Source: Anolis carolinensis
Taxonomy: Eukaryota
Assembly (NCBI RefSeq): GCF_035594765.1
Contig: NW_026943824.1
Span: 9,743,451 to 9,807,450 of the forward strand
Length of the DNA stretch: 64,000 nucleotides
Direction: 5' to 3'
Below the pieces are notes generated by a model. It searched no databases. It had not been told where the DNA came from and saw only the letters and a program-made list of their open reading frames with translations. Position 1 is the stretch's first letter. The number at the start of each line of letters is the position of its first letter. The translations under genes were made by a program, and so were the position numbers. Positions 13,113-26,930 of this stretch are shown one piece after another.

Positions 13113-14291
13113 CAAAAAAACCCACTGTTTTCTATAGAGAAATGCCACATGGGATTTGTGTGCAGATTATATCTTGAATTTCAGATACTATGCAGTATTT
13201 GAATATTTTCTTGCAGCAGGAGGAAAATTGCTCAAATCACATTGGTTCCTTTAGAAACAAAATAAGTATATTCTCAGAATGCAAAGAAAGTTGGTGACTT
13301 GTTGAGTGCTGCAGAATCATTACGGGTTGAATAGCATCCCACTCATTCCACTGTACTCTGGAAATGTTACATGCATTTTGCATTTTTAAGTTCTACATAT
13401 GTAATGCTGCTGTAGTTCACATTGAGACTGAAGATATGGTGAAATGTCTATCAGATATCTACCAAATTGTGTATTTGTTTTAAAGAAAGTTGAATTTAGG
13501 ATCTAAAATACAATGGTAAACTGTTATAATTTATTATTAAAATTAATGGTCTTCCTGATAGAGCAAGCACATTGTTAACGTTGTAGCATATATCCCAACC
13601 CAATTCTTAAGACTTTATTGAAGACCTAGGTGTTCATTGAGCAGAGAACAGCTGAATAATCTGAAGCGCTGGAGGAAAGGGAAGAAAATGCAGACAAATC
13701 ATTATTTCTTCAGAAACTGGGATTGCTCTGTGAATTGTGTAAAATGTCCCTCTAGGGAGGCCTTATGTTAGGCCAGAAGGCCAGCTAGCAGGTTTTATTT
13801 GTGGAATTAGGTTTCTGAAATGAAATATGGTTCTGTAAAGGATCTGTACTCTTTCTTTGTTCTTAAAGGCTTTCCCCCTATTCATCTCCCCACCTTCTTT
13901 TAGAATTATAGATGTGCATTGAATATATTCAGTTTTTTGATTAGACATAAGAGGTGCTCTGGGGATCTTTGCACTTACTCTGTGTGTGAGGGAGTATGTG
14001 GGCATGCTACCTACGTGGCTTCCTTGAGAACATTTACCAGCATCGAGACAACGATGTTAAAATGAAAAATTGTGTTAGATACAGGTTTTGTCTTAGAGGA
14101 CAAGAATAATTGTAGGTTTCAAATTTTAATTTGTATTGCTTTTAGTGGTGCTAGCTGCTGTAAGACAGGAAAGCAGGATAATAATGGTATTAATAATAAT
14201 GATTGCAAACAACCCCAATTTATTTAACTTTCCCCCAATAACGTTATGTGTGGTCAGAGACTGAAAGAACACTTTAAAAAAAAAATACTGC

Positions 14292-14778
14292 GGTTAGGTG
14301 ATCCCTAGTTGTCTGAGTATGATGGCCTTCCAAGTGTAGTGTTTTGGTGGTGGATACGTAGGTGACTGTGGAGACCTATTCTTAACCCGCATGTTCTTCC
14401 AGGTGAAAGGCAGTCCCGGTCAGAGGGTTTTATTTTTCTTGGAAGACACCTGTGTATGAGTTTTTTTATGTGTGGAGGTTGGTGCACAGCCAGTCAACAC
14501 ACAGTCTTCACAGAGTGAGGGTCCTAACTAGTGACATGGTTAACATGACAACGGTGGCTTCTCAGTCTGTTGCAGCCTTCTTCCACCTTCCACAGCCATT
14601 GTAATAGGTACCAGGTTGTCTTCCGCCTGCTCCACTGTTGAGGTCTTCAGATTGTGCTTAGTCTGGAACTTCCCCTGTGGCCCCTCCTGGGAGTACATGA
14701 TTCCAACATTTACACCCGCAGATTCATTAGGACATGCAAGCCCTTTCACCATGATGAGGTGACAGTCCATCAAGGGGA
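14292..14778 (-). mobile_element. RTE-clade LINE 5' region or short derivative
   Basis: Minus strand starts TGGACTGTCACCTCATCATGGTGAAAGGGCTTGCATGTCCTAATGA, an RTE/Expander-like 5' UTR motif. Confidence 0.55.
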
Positions 14779-16079
14779 TTGTCTGGCAAGGTATTCTGGT
14801 ATAAAAATAGCAGAAAGGGAGGTCTGACAAGGAGAATCTTAGATAAAAAAATATCCTTTTTGAAAAATTCATGGGTTTTTCAGATACAAAAAAATCATGT
14901 TATGTGCAGAAAGGAATAGTTTCCACAACTATTCCTGCTGGGTTTTTTGTATACAAAACTTCTGTCTTCTAAAAACATGCATACAGAAGATCAACAAAGC
15001 ACAACACACAATCTTGCCTCCTCTTCCTCTTTAATCTTGAATTGTGATTAATCTACGGAAACTGTAAAACTTTGACTGACTTGTTTTTCATGAGTTGAGT
15101 TGCTATCATCCAGAACTAGGGCAAAAGATGTGTGATTGCATGGAGAGATAGATCGATAGATAGATAACAAAGAGATAGAAGTGAATCCTCTAATTTTATC
15201 TTCCGTGATACAATCATATCATCCATTCATCTCTAGTCTAGAAACTTGGGGAAAATAATTGTTATTCACATACTAATGAAACTTTAATGCCACTAAACAC
15301 AATAAAAGAGGAGTAAAACATTAATTCCAATTGTTTTGCATTAGGGTTTCTCTTGCTTTTGGAGCAAACGAGATACTGTACAACCACTTGGAGGGAAACA
15401 TTGTGTTATAGGACTTTCTTTTTCTATTAGCAGTTACACTCCATTTTTGTTTGCTCAGAGAGATTATAGTCGATGCTAAAGATAGTCTGGCACTTTCGAA
15501 AAAGCCATTTGGAGCAATTTCATCAACTTTTTATACACATTAAGCTGAGTGATATGCATTTTGCTCTGGATAAAGGAGCAGGATAATGTGTGTGTACTCT
15601 TATCTGCAGATTCCTTGGGGAAAATTCTCTGTGTTGGTTATCCAAAACCAAAAGTAGAAGCAATACACAACTATATTGCAATGTTTATTTCTGCAGAACT
15701 GCAATATCTGTCCCAGTGATTAGTTCAGACCAGACTTTTAATAATCCATTCCTGGAATTTACTGTTGAGCCAGTGTTAACCCATGTGTTGTCTTCTTTAT
15801 GGCCTACATTTTACTGTGATAATGGGCTGCCATTATCTGGGTAACACAGTATTGCATAAAGTATATGATATGACCAGATACAGTAAAAAAGTATGTGCAA
15901 TCAACTATTCTGAAACACCATATGTATTGGTTTCATTTATCACAGACTCTGATTTTAGTGTATGTTTGTTCTTATACTAGGAAAGTCCTGTCACCAAAGA
16001 AGCCATCTCTCTTTCTCTGAAGTTCTTTGGGATTGCACTGGCTTCAAAAATGAATACTTTACTGAAATCCTATCATTGG

Positions 16080-16262
16080 GAGAGGTGATGTGAAAGGCAC
16101 TAGGCTCTAGAGGCCAGGGTTCAAATCTCTGCTCAGCCATGAAAACCCATTGAGTGACCTTGGGTGCGTTTTGCACTCTCATCCCAAGAACACTTTGTGA
16201 TAGGTTCACCTTAGGGTTGGCATAAGTCAGAAATGAGTGGAAGGCACACCCACAATGACAAC
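16080..16262 (+). mobile_element. tRNA-head SINE with RTE-like tail
   Basis: B box GGTTCAAATC, GTGACCTTGGG core, tail GTCAGAAATGAGTGGAAGGCACAC. Confidence 0.65.
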
Positions 16263-18090
16263 CGAAAAGCACTAGGGTCTTCATCTAGTTAACATAAGCT
16301 TCACTGGCACACAAATGAAATAGGGTAATAACCAGCTGCTCTCCTATCTAAATAATGTGGTGGTGTTGGCAGCCTAAATCTATGGCTGGATTCTTATTGG
16401 TAATCCCATCTTGAATAGAAATATTGAATCTACTGTTGAATGGTGTATCATCAGAGAGGTAAATCCAGTTGATCCCATAGTTCAGGGTAACAGATTAAGA
16501 TTTATAGGCTTTCTTTTCCAGTCTTGCTGAAATATCTCGTCATACTTTAAAGAACCAAAACAACCTCCCTCCCCAACCCTCCTTACCAGCAGCATGCTAT
16601 TGGGATAAGACTGCATTTTTCTAAAAGAGTTGCTGTCCTGTTCAAGCCAGCTGTTAAATTGTTTCAATCATACCTTTGGTGAATTGGTGGCTGACAAATG
16701 TTGTCAGTAAGCACACAGTCTTCAAGACTCTCAGTGTGGCTGGCAAGGTGATAACCCCTTTGTCATAATAGGAGAAAATGCATCAGTTTGTCTCATGAGG
16801 GTGGCTAATTGGAAAGAAGCACAGAGTATTCATGAGAATACCCACGCGCTACCTTGTGTTGAGCTTCTCCCTTACTGTTATTCACCTAGATAGGAAGTTC
16901 ACAAGGCTTAAAGGCAGTGATAAATAATTACAGTATGGCTGCTGTATTTGCTGGAGATACGTTGCAAAGCCCCCTGTGAATACCAGAAACTACAATTAAT
17001 GGTAAACACTGTATTTTAATTATAATTGGGCTGGGAGGATACTGTAGAATCACACTGGAGGACGTAGAGAGGCTCACAAAACACTTGCCCATAGTTAACC
17101 AATGGTTTTCGTAGTCAAGTGGGGATTTGAACCCTGAGTTTTAGTTCAGCCTCAGACTACTACACCATATGGGTTCCTTTATGTTTGTTCAAATTGAGTT
17201 TGCCATGGCTTTCCATTTGGGCTTAGTGTGTATGGCTTGTCCAAGGTAATCTGGGGAGAGAGGGCAGTCTAGAAATTAGTTTTGTTATTATTTATTATTA
17301 TCCGGTGGCAATATGTGGTCAAGCAGGGATTTTAATCCTGGTCTCCTAAGAGTTCCAGGCCAACACTCAGACTGGTATGCGATCCTAGTTTTACTTATCA
17401 TTATCATAACCATCTCCAACATTACCATGTTCGGATGAGCTTGAATTAATAGCTCTTAGAAGGATCTTCTTCTGATGGAAGGTTATGTCTTTTGGTCATT
17501 GACATTGATATTACTATCAGCTGGCAGGGAGCTTCCTAGTCAATATCTAGAAGTAACAAAGGACTGTAATTTGAAGGCTGTCATTTAAGAAGTGCCCCTG
17601 TTTTGTAAGAGTACTGCATCCTTTATTCCTTTCAGAATAGAAAACCTTGTGCTTGTAAGTTGTGTTTGGCCCGGCATCAAATAAAGTCTGTTAAACTGCT
17701 TGTGTATATGTGTGTGTGTGTGTGCGCACGCATACATGTACATAGACTCCTGAATTACAGGTCTGGAATGCATAATTGGTTACAAATAGATTTTTGCTGT
17801 AGATAGCTTGAGAAATCATCCTTTTTTACATGGCCATACACATTTTGGGATACCAGGAGAGCTCAGTAGAGTCCCATCTCACTCTAGTTTCAGCACATAT
17901 CAGCATGTCCAATATTCCCTCAGCTGATAGATACACCAGTATTCAGCAGTACTGTCAGGTTACTTTCCAAACCAAGCTAAAACTAAAATAAAATCAAAAT
18001 AACATCAAAAAGTCTGAAGAGAGAGATGGGTTGTATGTGGATTACGTGTGATGACCAGATATTTCATGTGTGGGTCTTGAAGATCTAGGT

Positions 18091-18222
18091 CAGTGGTTCT
18101 CAACCTGTGGGTCCCCAGATATTTTGGCCTTCAACTCCCAGAAATCCTAACACTTCGTAAACTGTCTGGGATTTCTGGGGGTTGTAGGCCAAATCATCCA
18201 GGGACCCAGTTGAAAACCACTG
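18091..18222. mobile_element. hAT MITE, palindromic
   Basis: CAGTGGTTCTCAAC...GTTGAAAACCACTG; degenerate 8-bp TSD ATCTAGGT/ACCTAGGA. Confidence 0.85.
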
Positions 18223-19969
18223 ACCTAGGATTACTCCACACCTACTTAATCCAGTCCTATCCAAACTTAGTTCTCAGAACCTCTTTAAGCATGGTATCAA
18301 AACACCAAGATATAGCAGTGAGTCATCTAGAAACCTCATGCATGTGATTCAATTAAACATTTGTTTAATTAAGAGGGGGAATAATTTTTCTGAAGCTGTG
18401 GTTCTCAACCTAGAGGGTGGAGACATTGTTATATTTTACATTTTCCAACATCTGAGTTGCCTAGTAGTAGTAGTAGTAGTAGTAGTAGTATTTGTTGTTG
18501 TTGTGTTTTCCCCCCGTTTTTTGTGTGTGTTTTTCAAAGATGACCCAAACTATCGGCTTCCATCACTGCTTTCCCTATACTTGAATCTTTATCATAATTC
18601 TACCAGCCTTCCTTATTTCCACCAACCTGTATGGTCAAGCATAATAAAATGTATCTTAGACTGTCTCCTTTTGCAAAAGAAACTTGATGAAATTAGTTTT
18701 GATAACATGATAAGTGTGACAAGATGGAAAAGCAAAGCTAACCATAATATACATAAGCTCCAACATGGAGAGAATGCTGTAGCTTTGTATTAGGACTGAT
18801 AGGGATTTCTGCACCAATGCTGGCTTTGTTTTACTATTCATGTACTCGATTCATGCAGTATTTGGTCTAAGGGCTCTCACCATTGACACGGTCCCCGCAT
18901 CTCTTCCCTTTCTCCCTGAGTATTCCATCTGTTTTAAGTGCTCTGCGCTATCTGCCTGCATGTCTATTTCCCTTGAACAACTTCTATGTTCTGTAGGTCA
19001 GTGCTGAAAATGTAATTTAATTTACCGTTGCTCAGGTTTCAAGATGAATTCATGTATATGCATTTCCCCCAGGCATTAAAAAAAACACCCTTCTGCCCTT
19101 CTGTTTTCCGAAACAGCTGGTGTGTATGTGAGTGTATAGACACTATAATGCATTCCTCCCCCCTTGGCATACCAGGATTTTACAGTGTGGAGATAGTAAT
19201 TCAAGTTAACATCAATATATTATGGCATTATTATGAAGACATCAACCAATTCAGCAATTTTAGTTGATCAGTCATCTGCCTTTTAACGAATGAATAGTTT
19301 ATACTTAAACAAAATTAAATGTTATCAACAACTAAATATGAAAATTTAATTTAAATATCCCAGGTTTTTTTCTAGAGGTCAGCATTTTAAAAATTTCATC
19401 CACACTTTATTTTGTCTTAGAGCAACACATCACAATCAAAATAGCCAAATCATGTGTGGTTGTTCTCTGCTGGCAAGTAGCTTAATCTCCTTGAGTTGAT
19501 TAATCTGCTGATTAAATTGATTAATCCTCCCATCTCTAACTGCAATGCAAAATGATGCTTGAGCATGCTCCGGTCAAAGTCAGGCATTTTTAAATCTCAT
19601 TGATTTCAGCAAGAGTGTTTCAAAGTACGCACTTCACTCTCCTGTCAAAATCGGTGTAACTTATAGGAGCTTAACTTTGGCTAGATCTTTCCGACTAAGC
19701 AAACAGTGTGACTGGCATTGTAAAAAGTTGAGTGTGAGGTGGTGACAGAGAGATGGCTTCTAGGAAATGGAGTTAATAAATAGGATGGTTATTATCATGC
19801 CGGGTTTGCATGGTAATGCAGTCTGAATATTGCACAGCAGGCATAGGGGATTGTGGCTCTCCAGATATCATTGTAGTACAACTTCCAGAATCTACCTCTT
19901 CTAGAAAATAAGGGCATATATAATAGAGGCATGTAAAATGATAAGATTGATAGGGGAGAATGTTTTGTT

Positions 19970-20770
19970 GTTTGTTTTTAGCTACTGTTAAGTTGACATC
20001 AACTTGTGGCAACCCTATGAGTGAGGGCCCTTCAAATCAACATCTTTGCTCAGGTCCTACAGATTCAGAGCCATAGCTGCCTCAATTGAGTCTATTTATG
20101 TACAGTGCACTCTTACTATTTTTCTACTATCTTCCATCTTACTAAGGGCCTTTCCACACAGCCATATAACCCAGAATATCAAGGCAGAAAATCCCACAAT
20201 ATCTGCCTTTCTTGTAATACTAATCTGCGAAGTTCTTATAGTCAGTAATTTCAGATACTAAAATAGGGCTATCATATCCCCTCTTAACTTTATCTTCTCT
20301 GTGCCACACTGCTATATATTCCAGTTCAAAGCAGATAATGTGGGATTTTATTCATCTGTGTGGAAGGGGCCTCAGAATTACTGTCCCCCCTCCCCCCAAT
20401 GAGTCGTGTCCTTAGATGATACATCCAAAATATGGCAGTCCCTGTTTAATCATCTTGACTTCTTGGGAAGGTTCAGGCTTGATTTGTTCTTAGACCTATT
20501 TATTTGTCTATTTAACTGTCTAGAGTTTCCCCAGAAATTTTCTCTAGCAACTCATTTGAAATTATTTTCTTCCTTGATAGCTTTTTTCACTGTACACAAG
20601 AGATGGGAAATATGATCATATGGACCATTTTAACTTCAGTATTAAATAATATATCTTTACACTTGAGGATCTTGTCTAGTTCCTTCCTAATTGCCCTTCC
20701 AAGTCCTAGTCTTCTGATTTCTTGACTGCAGCCTTCATTCTGATTATTGACTGAGCCAAGGTATAGAGGC
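19970..20770 (-). mobile_element. RTE/BovB-like LINE fragment interrupted by a MITE
   Basis: ORF 20587-20859(-) contains YLGS..CSQEIRRLGLGR..ELDKILKCKDI..IFPI, typical of the RTE ORF2 C-terminal region. Confidence 0.75.
20146..20372. mobile_element. Harbinger-like MITE
   Basis: GGGCCTTTCCACACAG...CTGTGTGGAAGGGGCC TIRs. Confidence 0.8.
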
Positions 20771-23237
20771 ATCCCTTCAGATACTGAAATAGGGTTATCA
20801 TATCCCCTTTTAACCTTCTCCATGCTAAACATTCTTATCATAAGGCTTGGTTTCCACACCTTTAATGATCTTTGGCAGTCAGGGAAATTTTCCGTCTGAA
20901 CTCTTAATTTTCAGAATGCTTCCTAGATTCCCGAACATGTCCATACTGGCTTCCAATTTGCTTCTGAGCTTAATTCAAAGTACTGTGTTTGAGCTAAATG
21001 ACTTGGGACCAAGATATTTTCCTATATGAACCTGCCAAGAACGTGAAATCTTCAGAGGAGATCCCGTTTGTGTCCTACCATCTCACGGTTAGGTTGGTGT
21101 ATCAGGGCTTTGGTTATATAATCCCTTACCCAAGAAAGTTAGGCTGGCTCTACTGCTTTTAAGCTTATGTTAGATGACCAAAATTATGATGTTCCATGTG
21201 GCATTCAGTGTCAAAAACTGCTGTTTTAACTGTTTCAAAACTGAGTTATAGGATGGCTTTTGGACTACTTTTAGTTTTTAAAGAATATGTTAATGTATTT
21301 TAATGCGTTTTTGTCTTTGTGTTGTTTCAAATGGTTTTATTTGTTTATTGCTTTGAGAGTTCCTTGTAGACTGGAAGGTGTTACAGAAATAATTTAAATA
21401 AATCAATAATTAATATTTGAGAAAGAACAAAATTATGCTGTAGTAATGTATGATACAGATTAAGATTTGTCCCTTCTTTGCAAAACAGTTTGAAGTCATT
21501 AACCTTCATTCTTCAAAATGAGAAGGATTCTGTGACTTTGTTCTTAAACTCTCATAAGAGTCCATTAATATTAAAATTGCTTCTGTCTTAGACTTAAAGT
21601 CTTAACATCCTTGTGCTGTGTCAACAGAGACTCTTGGTAGAGCCAGGCACTCAAAATGCATGGAATGCCAATGCTCTGCTGTCAGGTTTTTTTTAATTAG
21701 ATGAATGTATTCATTTGGTTTATTTTTTCTTTTACTATAACACAACTATTTCCATTTCATTGTTCTAATGTGGATTTGGAACTTTCTTGTTTTATTTGCC
21801 TTTTAAATGTGTATGGTAAATTTATTGCTATCTCCGTATGAAGTTTCCTCATAGAAAAAACAGAATTTTAATGAAAATGGTCAATGTAAATTATAAAGGA
21901 GCTCTCCAAGGTGCAAAAATGTATAGCCTTAAATAGATGCAGAACCTTGGAGAGTTCCATTAAAGTTCATTAAAACTTGAGTGGATTAACCAGACCAGTT
22001 ATATGGGATCAACCAGACCTTTCAACACAATACACACATACCTCTGATAACAAAGCCTCGGATAAAGCTTTTTTTTTTTTTGAGTTTTCCAAACTCAAGG
22101 CCATTGCTTTGTTTATAGAGTCAATCCACTTCTGCATCTTCTTACTGCCATTATTTTCCCCTGTAGTTGCTGTTTTTTTCCCATCAGTGACTCATATCTT
22201 TTTTGGTATGTTCAAAACATGATATCCACAGTTTAATCATATTGGTTTCAAGTAAGACTTCAGTGTTAACCTTGTTTGTTTCATCTTATTTAATAACTGT
22301 TGAAAACAAAACACAGTGCTAGAGTTTATCACTTAATGAAACCCACTGGACTATTATTTAATGTCCTTGGCATCCTTCTCATATGCATCATGTTGCTCAT
22401 TGAGAAGACTGGAAGTAAACAATATTGTTCAGACAACATTGAATTTTTACTAAGAAGCAAACCCTATTGTGTTTCAGCAAGACTTCTGTTACCCAGTTAA
22501 GCATATTGTAGGACTGCAGTCTGTTTCAGTTCTGGTGCCCAGGCCTTCGGTCTTTGAAGTCCATCCTATAAGTATCCATTTTCTCTTTCTTTCCAGAGTC
22601 AGGTAATGAAGTTCTGTTTAGGGCCTCAATGAGAATAAAACAGCCATTTCCTTAGCAATGTGCCAGATACCAAGATTGATAACAAGACTAATCCTAATAT
22701 AATTCTCTTCCTAATGCCTGGGAGCTGTTCAAGTGGCTTAATGCATCAAGATTTAAATGTTTTATAATGCCCATAAACACTCCTGGAATCTAACATAGTT
22801 AATACTATGAAGACTAAAACAAGTGAAAGGTGTTGTAAAAATCAATTTCTTTCCCCAGCCAGTGATGTATTTTTGCTGGTGAACAAATTAATTTCACACT
22901 AAGAAAAGGATAATGCTGTTTCAGAGGCACAGTATATTATACTAAAGTTTAATATCATCTTGCTTTTGTCCAGTGTTATGGCTGTGATGCAGACAAATTT
23001 TTAAGCTGCTCAAAGCCCAAGTGATAACAGTTTTTGCTTGAAGCTGAGAGCTGGGATGCAGTACAGGAGCATCACTGCATTTTGTCCTTTACACTTACAA
23101 TCCATATTTTTCCACACTAAATTCAAAGCAAAAGGAGTTAGAAACAGATTTCTTTCTTTCTTTTTTATAAAAGGAAGCTGTCTTATCAGTCCCAAACAAA
23201 AGTGCCCGGTTTTGTCAGAATGGGCTCTTCTATGATA

Positions 23238-23507
23238 CCGTGTTTCCCCGAAAATAAGACAGTGTCTTATATTAATTTTTGCTCCCAAAGATGCTTTAGC
23301 TCTTATTTTCAGGGGATTTCTTGTTTTTCCATGAAGAAGAATTCACATTTATTGTTGAACCAAAAAAATGAACATTTATTATATACTGTACAGTAGTTGT
23401 CATCACAAACTAGCATAACCAGACAAACTTTGAATCCTATCAAGAATTTCTTGTTACTACCATTATTTCCATGTACAACACACTATCTTATTTTAGGGGA
23501 AACAGGG
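23238..23507. mobile_element. Tc1/mariner-type MITE
   Basis: TIR CCGTGTTTCCCCGAAAATAAGA / TCTTATTTTAGGGGAAACAGGG flanked by TA on both sides. Confidence 0.85.
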
Positions 23508-25094
23508 TAGTGGTTTGGCCTACAGGTGTTTTGGCCTACAACTCTCAGAAATCCCAGAACATCTGGGGACCTACATGTTGAGAACCACTGGCCTATATAC
23601 TTGGACCAGAAGTCCTTCATTTCAATTGGGTTAATTATTATCCATGGTTTCACATGGAGTCTGGGAATACATCCCCTGCAGATACGGATACCATACTCTA
23701 TAGATCTACCTGTAACATCTTCTAGAAAAAAATCCCAGAGTGCAGTAAAGCAAACTGACTTTTCAAACCATTAGGTTTTTGCTGTATTCCAAAAACTGGC
23801 ACTTGAATACATCTAGCAGTCTATTGTGGATTCCCAAAGGCCTGCTACTGTAAATGGAGAGCAGAAACTTTCTGGGTTCCTGAGAGGGAGCAGATAACTT
23901 ATAGAACTTCATAACATTCTAACTATCTGTTTCACAAGCTGTATAATATTTAATGTTCCATTCACAGACAAGCTTATGAAGATAGGTTATATTCATGTAA
24001 GTACCGGAGAGTTTTTTTAAAAAGCAATAGAGCAGCAAATGAATCCCTCTGGTTGGTTCTCTTGAATGTTAGCATTATTCAGGGGAAAATGCTCTCCATC
24101 TTTAGGGGACAGGATGCTATCCTTTGCACAAAGCAGATGGAGTCGAAGTACTTCTCTGCTATGTACTGCTTATTACGAAATCAAAGAGTGGCAAGGAAAT
24201 CAAACAAAACGAACGAAATAGGGTTGGTGAAATACTGACTCCATCTCATCTGTCAAATCCTTGCCTCTCATCTGTTGAGTTGATATGAACATCTTTCATC
24301 TCAAAATCTAAGTACATAAACTGGTGTGTTCACAGATAAATTGAGGAGGTTTACATGTGAGGGTTAGAGATTTATGAATTCCCTCACTTAAGGAAGAAGC
24401 AAGTGTGTGTGTGTGTTTTTTTCATTTTCTTTCCGCTGCTAGAAATTCTTTGAAAACAGTTTGGTAAACAATTTTTGTACAAAAGAAACAGCATTTTCTG
24501 TGCAGAAAATATTTACATGGGAAGGGAAGACAGAAAGAAATAGAATTCAAGCCAATTCAGTTTTATCATATTTATTTACAGTATTGTTATAAGTGTTTTA
24601 TTCAACTTACTATAGGGTGTGTAAGCATGTTTTACCAAGCCTTTTTAATACTGTGATATGGTCTAAGGGTTAATCAATAAATTTACTTACTTATCAATGA
24701 GGAAAAGATTTCTGAAAATGATTTCATAAAATGTAACTCATCTGTGTAATTAAATATTGAGTTTCATAATTTAATAAGGATAGAAAGAATATTAAAAAAT
24801 GTTTGAAAAATTGATAAAACAATGTTTCTCAAGTGTTGAGAAACACTGACAAAATTGATTGGCATCTTCACTATCAGGATTTATTCTGTGCTAAAATTTG
24901 CATAGTTTTAGGTAAGGTGTTTATTTCTTACAACTCTTGAGAGGTGTAAAAATATTAATGTAGCTGGTGCTGTCAAGTATTCTTTCCATATCTGTTCTCA
25001 CAGCTAGGCTTTTATTAGCTGCAAAGAGGGACAATTGAGAAGAAGATTCTGGTTCTTCAGAATGTAACAACTAAAATTATTGTCCATAAGAACA

Positions 25095-25540
25095 AGCAGG
25101 CAGTGGTGTCAGACATTTTCGAGTGGATCTGCTACAGTAGCAGCATCATATTTGCTGTCAAGCGGAGCAATTTCATCCTCAAAGTGCTTTACAAAAAGAT
25201 CTCAGTGGGTTCTTGAGGTGTCAAGGGCTTCATTTATGGAACAACGTGTTAACCCCAAGACCTCTCAGAATAACTTCCTTGGGCAGCTAATTGAGGATGC
25301 AGTGGAGACAGAAACACAACTTTTATTTGCTCCATACACAGTCATGCCGTGCATCTGGTTTCCTTACCTTCAAGTATTTGGCAATTCCTTCTCCTGCTGT
25401 TGTCCAGTTTAGTTCATCCTAAATGGATTGCAGTTGACAGCATCAGATGGGGCACTCAGGTGCATGACTCTCCATCAGTATTCTACAGCAAGATCAGGTT
25501 CCAACAGGGATATCAACTCTCTTTGATTATCAAAGGAGAT
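25095..25540 (-). mobile_element. Ancient, decayed L2 ORF2 fragment
   Basis: Antisense translation gives F(V)KHFEDEIA and APECP, resembling L2 ORF2 linker motifs; multiple stops. Confidence 0.4.
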
Positions 25541-26317
25541 TAATAGTTTTCTGAGCTGCATACTTTAAATAGGTTTCTCACTCTAAGGACCTTCTCATCC
25601 CCAGACAACCCTGTAATAGGTTCATCTTAGACTTGACCCAGGCTAGAAATGACTTGATGTCACACCACCACTACCACAACAGAAAGTGATGTGAAAGACT
25701 AGGGTCTCTATTTAGAAATGCTCCAATTTAGAATCAGATAGTTCAGAATTTTTAAAGAAGAGTGAAGCTTAGGCTGCATAAATAAGGTGGGGTTGTGACC
25801 AGCCACATTTCTATCTGAAGAACATGGTTGCAATCATTAACCTAAATCTGTACCAGGAATACTACTGATGATAGTAGCAGTTTAAATTGAAACAATTAAT
25901 TGGTCGTTGAATGATGTATCATCATATAGGTAAATCCAACTCATTCATGATAAGAGTAGTGATAAATCAGAAATAACTTGAAGGCACACAACAACAATTA
26001 ATAAAAGTGATGATGGGAATGATAATGATGATGATGATGATGATGCATGAGAAACCCAACTAACAAATCACACATTGGGATTTACAGTTGGTATCCCAAA
26101 GTTCTCAAATGTCATGTTGCTGGCTCACGTACACTTTTCTCCATAACAATTAATACAATATATTGTAGTTTAATTTAACTGCAGCTAACAAAAACAGTGT
26201 GAAAACTGAAGAGGGCTCTTGCTCACAATGTTTGGAGATAACCCATGAAACCATCAAGACCAGGTCTTGAAAGCTGGCCACCCTAGACCAGATTTCAGCT
26301 TGTGTGCCACAAATTGA

Positions 26318-26366
<49 letters not shown>

Positions 26367-26368
<2 letters not shown>

Positions 26369-26830
26369 GCACGCAAAGATACTGTGGGACTTCCGAATCC
26401 AGACTGACAAAGTTCTGGAACACAACACACCAGACATCACAGTTGTGGAAAAGAAAAAGGTTTGGATCATTGATGTTGCCATCCCAGGTGACAGTCGCAT
26501 AGATGAAAAACAACAGGAAAAACTCTGCCGCTATCAGGACCTCAAGATTGAACTTCAAAGACTCTGGCAGAAACCAGTGCAGGTGGTCCCGGTGGTGATG
26601 GGCACACTGGGTGCCGTGCCAAAAGATCTCAGCCGGCATTTGGAAACAATAGACATTGACAAAATCACCATCTGCCAACTGCAAAAGGCCACCCTACTGG
26701 GATCTGCACACATCATCCGAAAATACATCACACAGTCCTAGACACTTGGGAAGTGTTCTACTTGTGGTTTTGCGAAACGAAATCCAGCATATCTGTCTTG
26801 TTTGCTGTGCCATACAACGTCGTTGTGTTG
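26367..26830 (+). mobile_element. 5'-truncated R4-clade (Dong-like) non-LTR retrotransposon: restriction-like endonuclease domain and 3' UTR
   Basis: KILWDFRIQTD..NTPDITVV..IIDVAIP..EK..YQDL is a PD-(D/E)xK RLE signature; stop at 26741; (AAT)n on both sides (26319-26368, 26831-26865). Confidence 0.9.
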
Positions 26831-26865
<35 letters not shown>

Positions 26866-26930
26866 TTATTTATATACCGCCCTATCTCCCGGATGGGACT
26901 CAGGGCGGTTTACAGTCATAAAAGCAACAC
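26866..26930 (-). mobile_element. Very short L2 3' end
   Basis: TTATTTATATACCGCCCTATCTCCC..GGGACTCAGGGCGGTTTACA is the reverse complement of the L2 3' stem-loop. Confidence 0.75.

Noticed and set aside
25080-25543. + strand ORFs as host exons
   Set aside because: No splice context; the antisense strand resembles decayed L2 ORF2.
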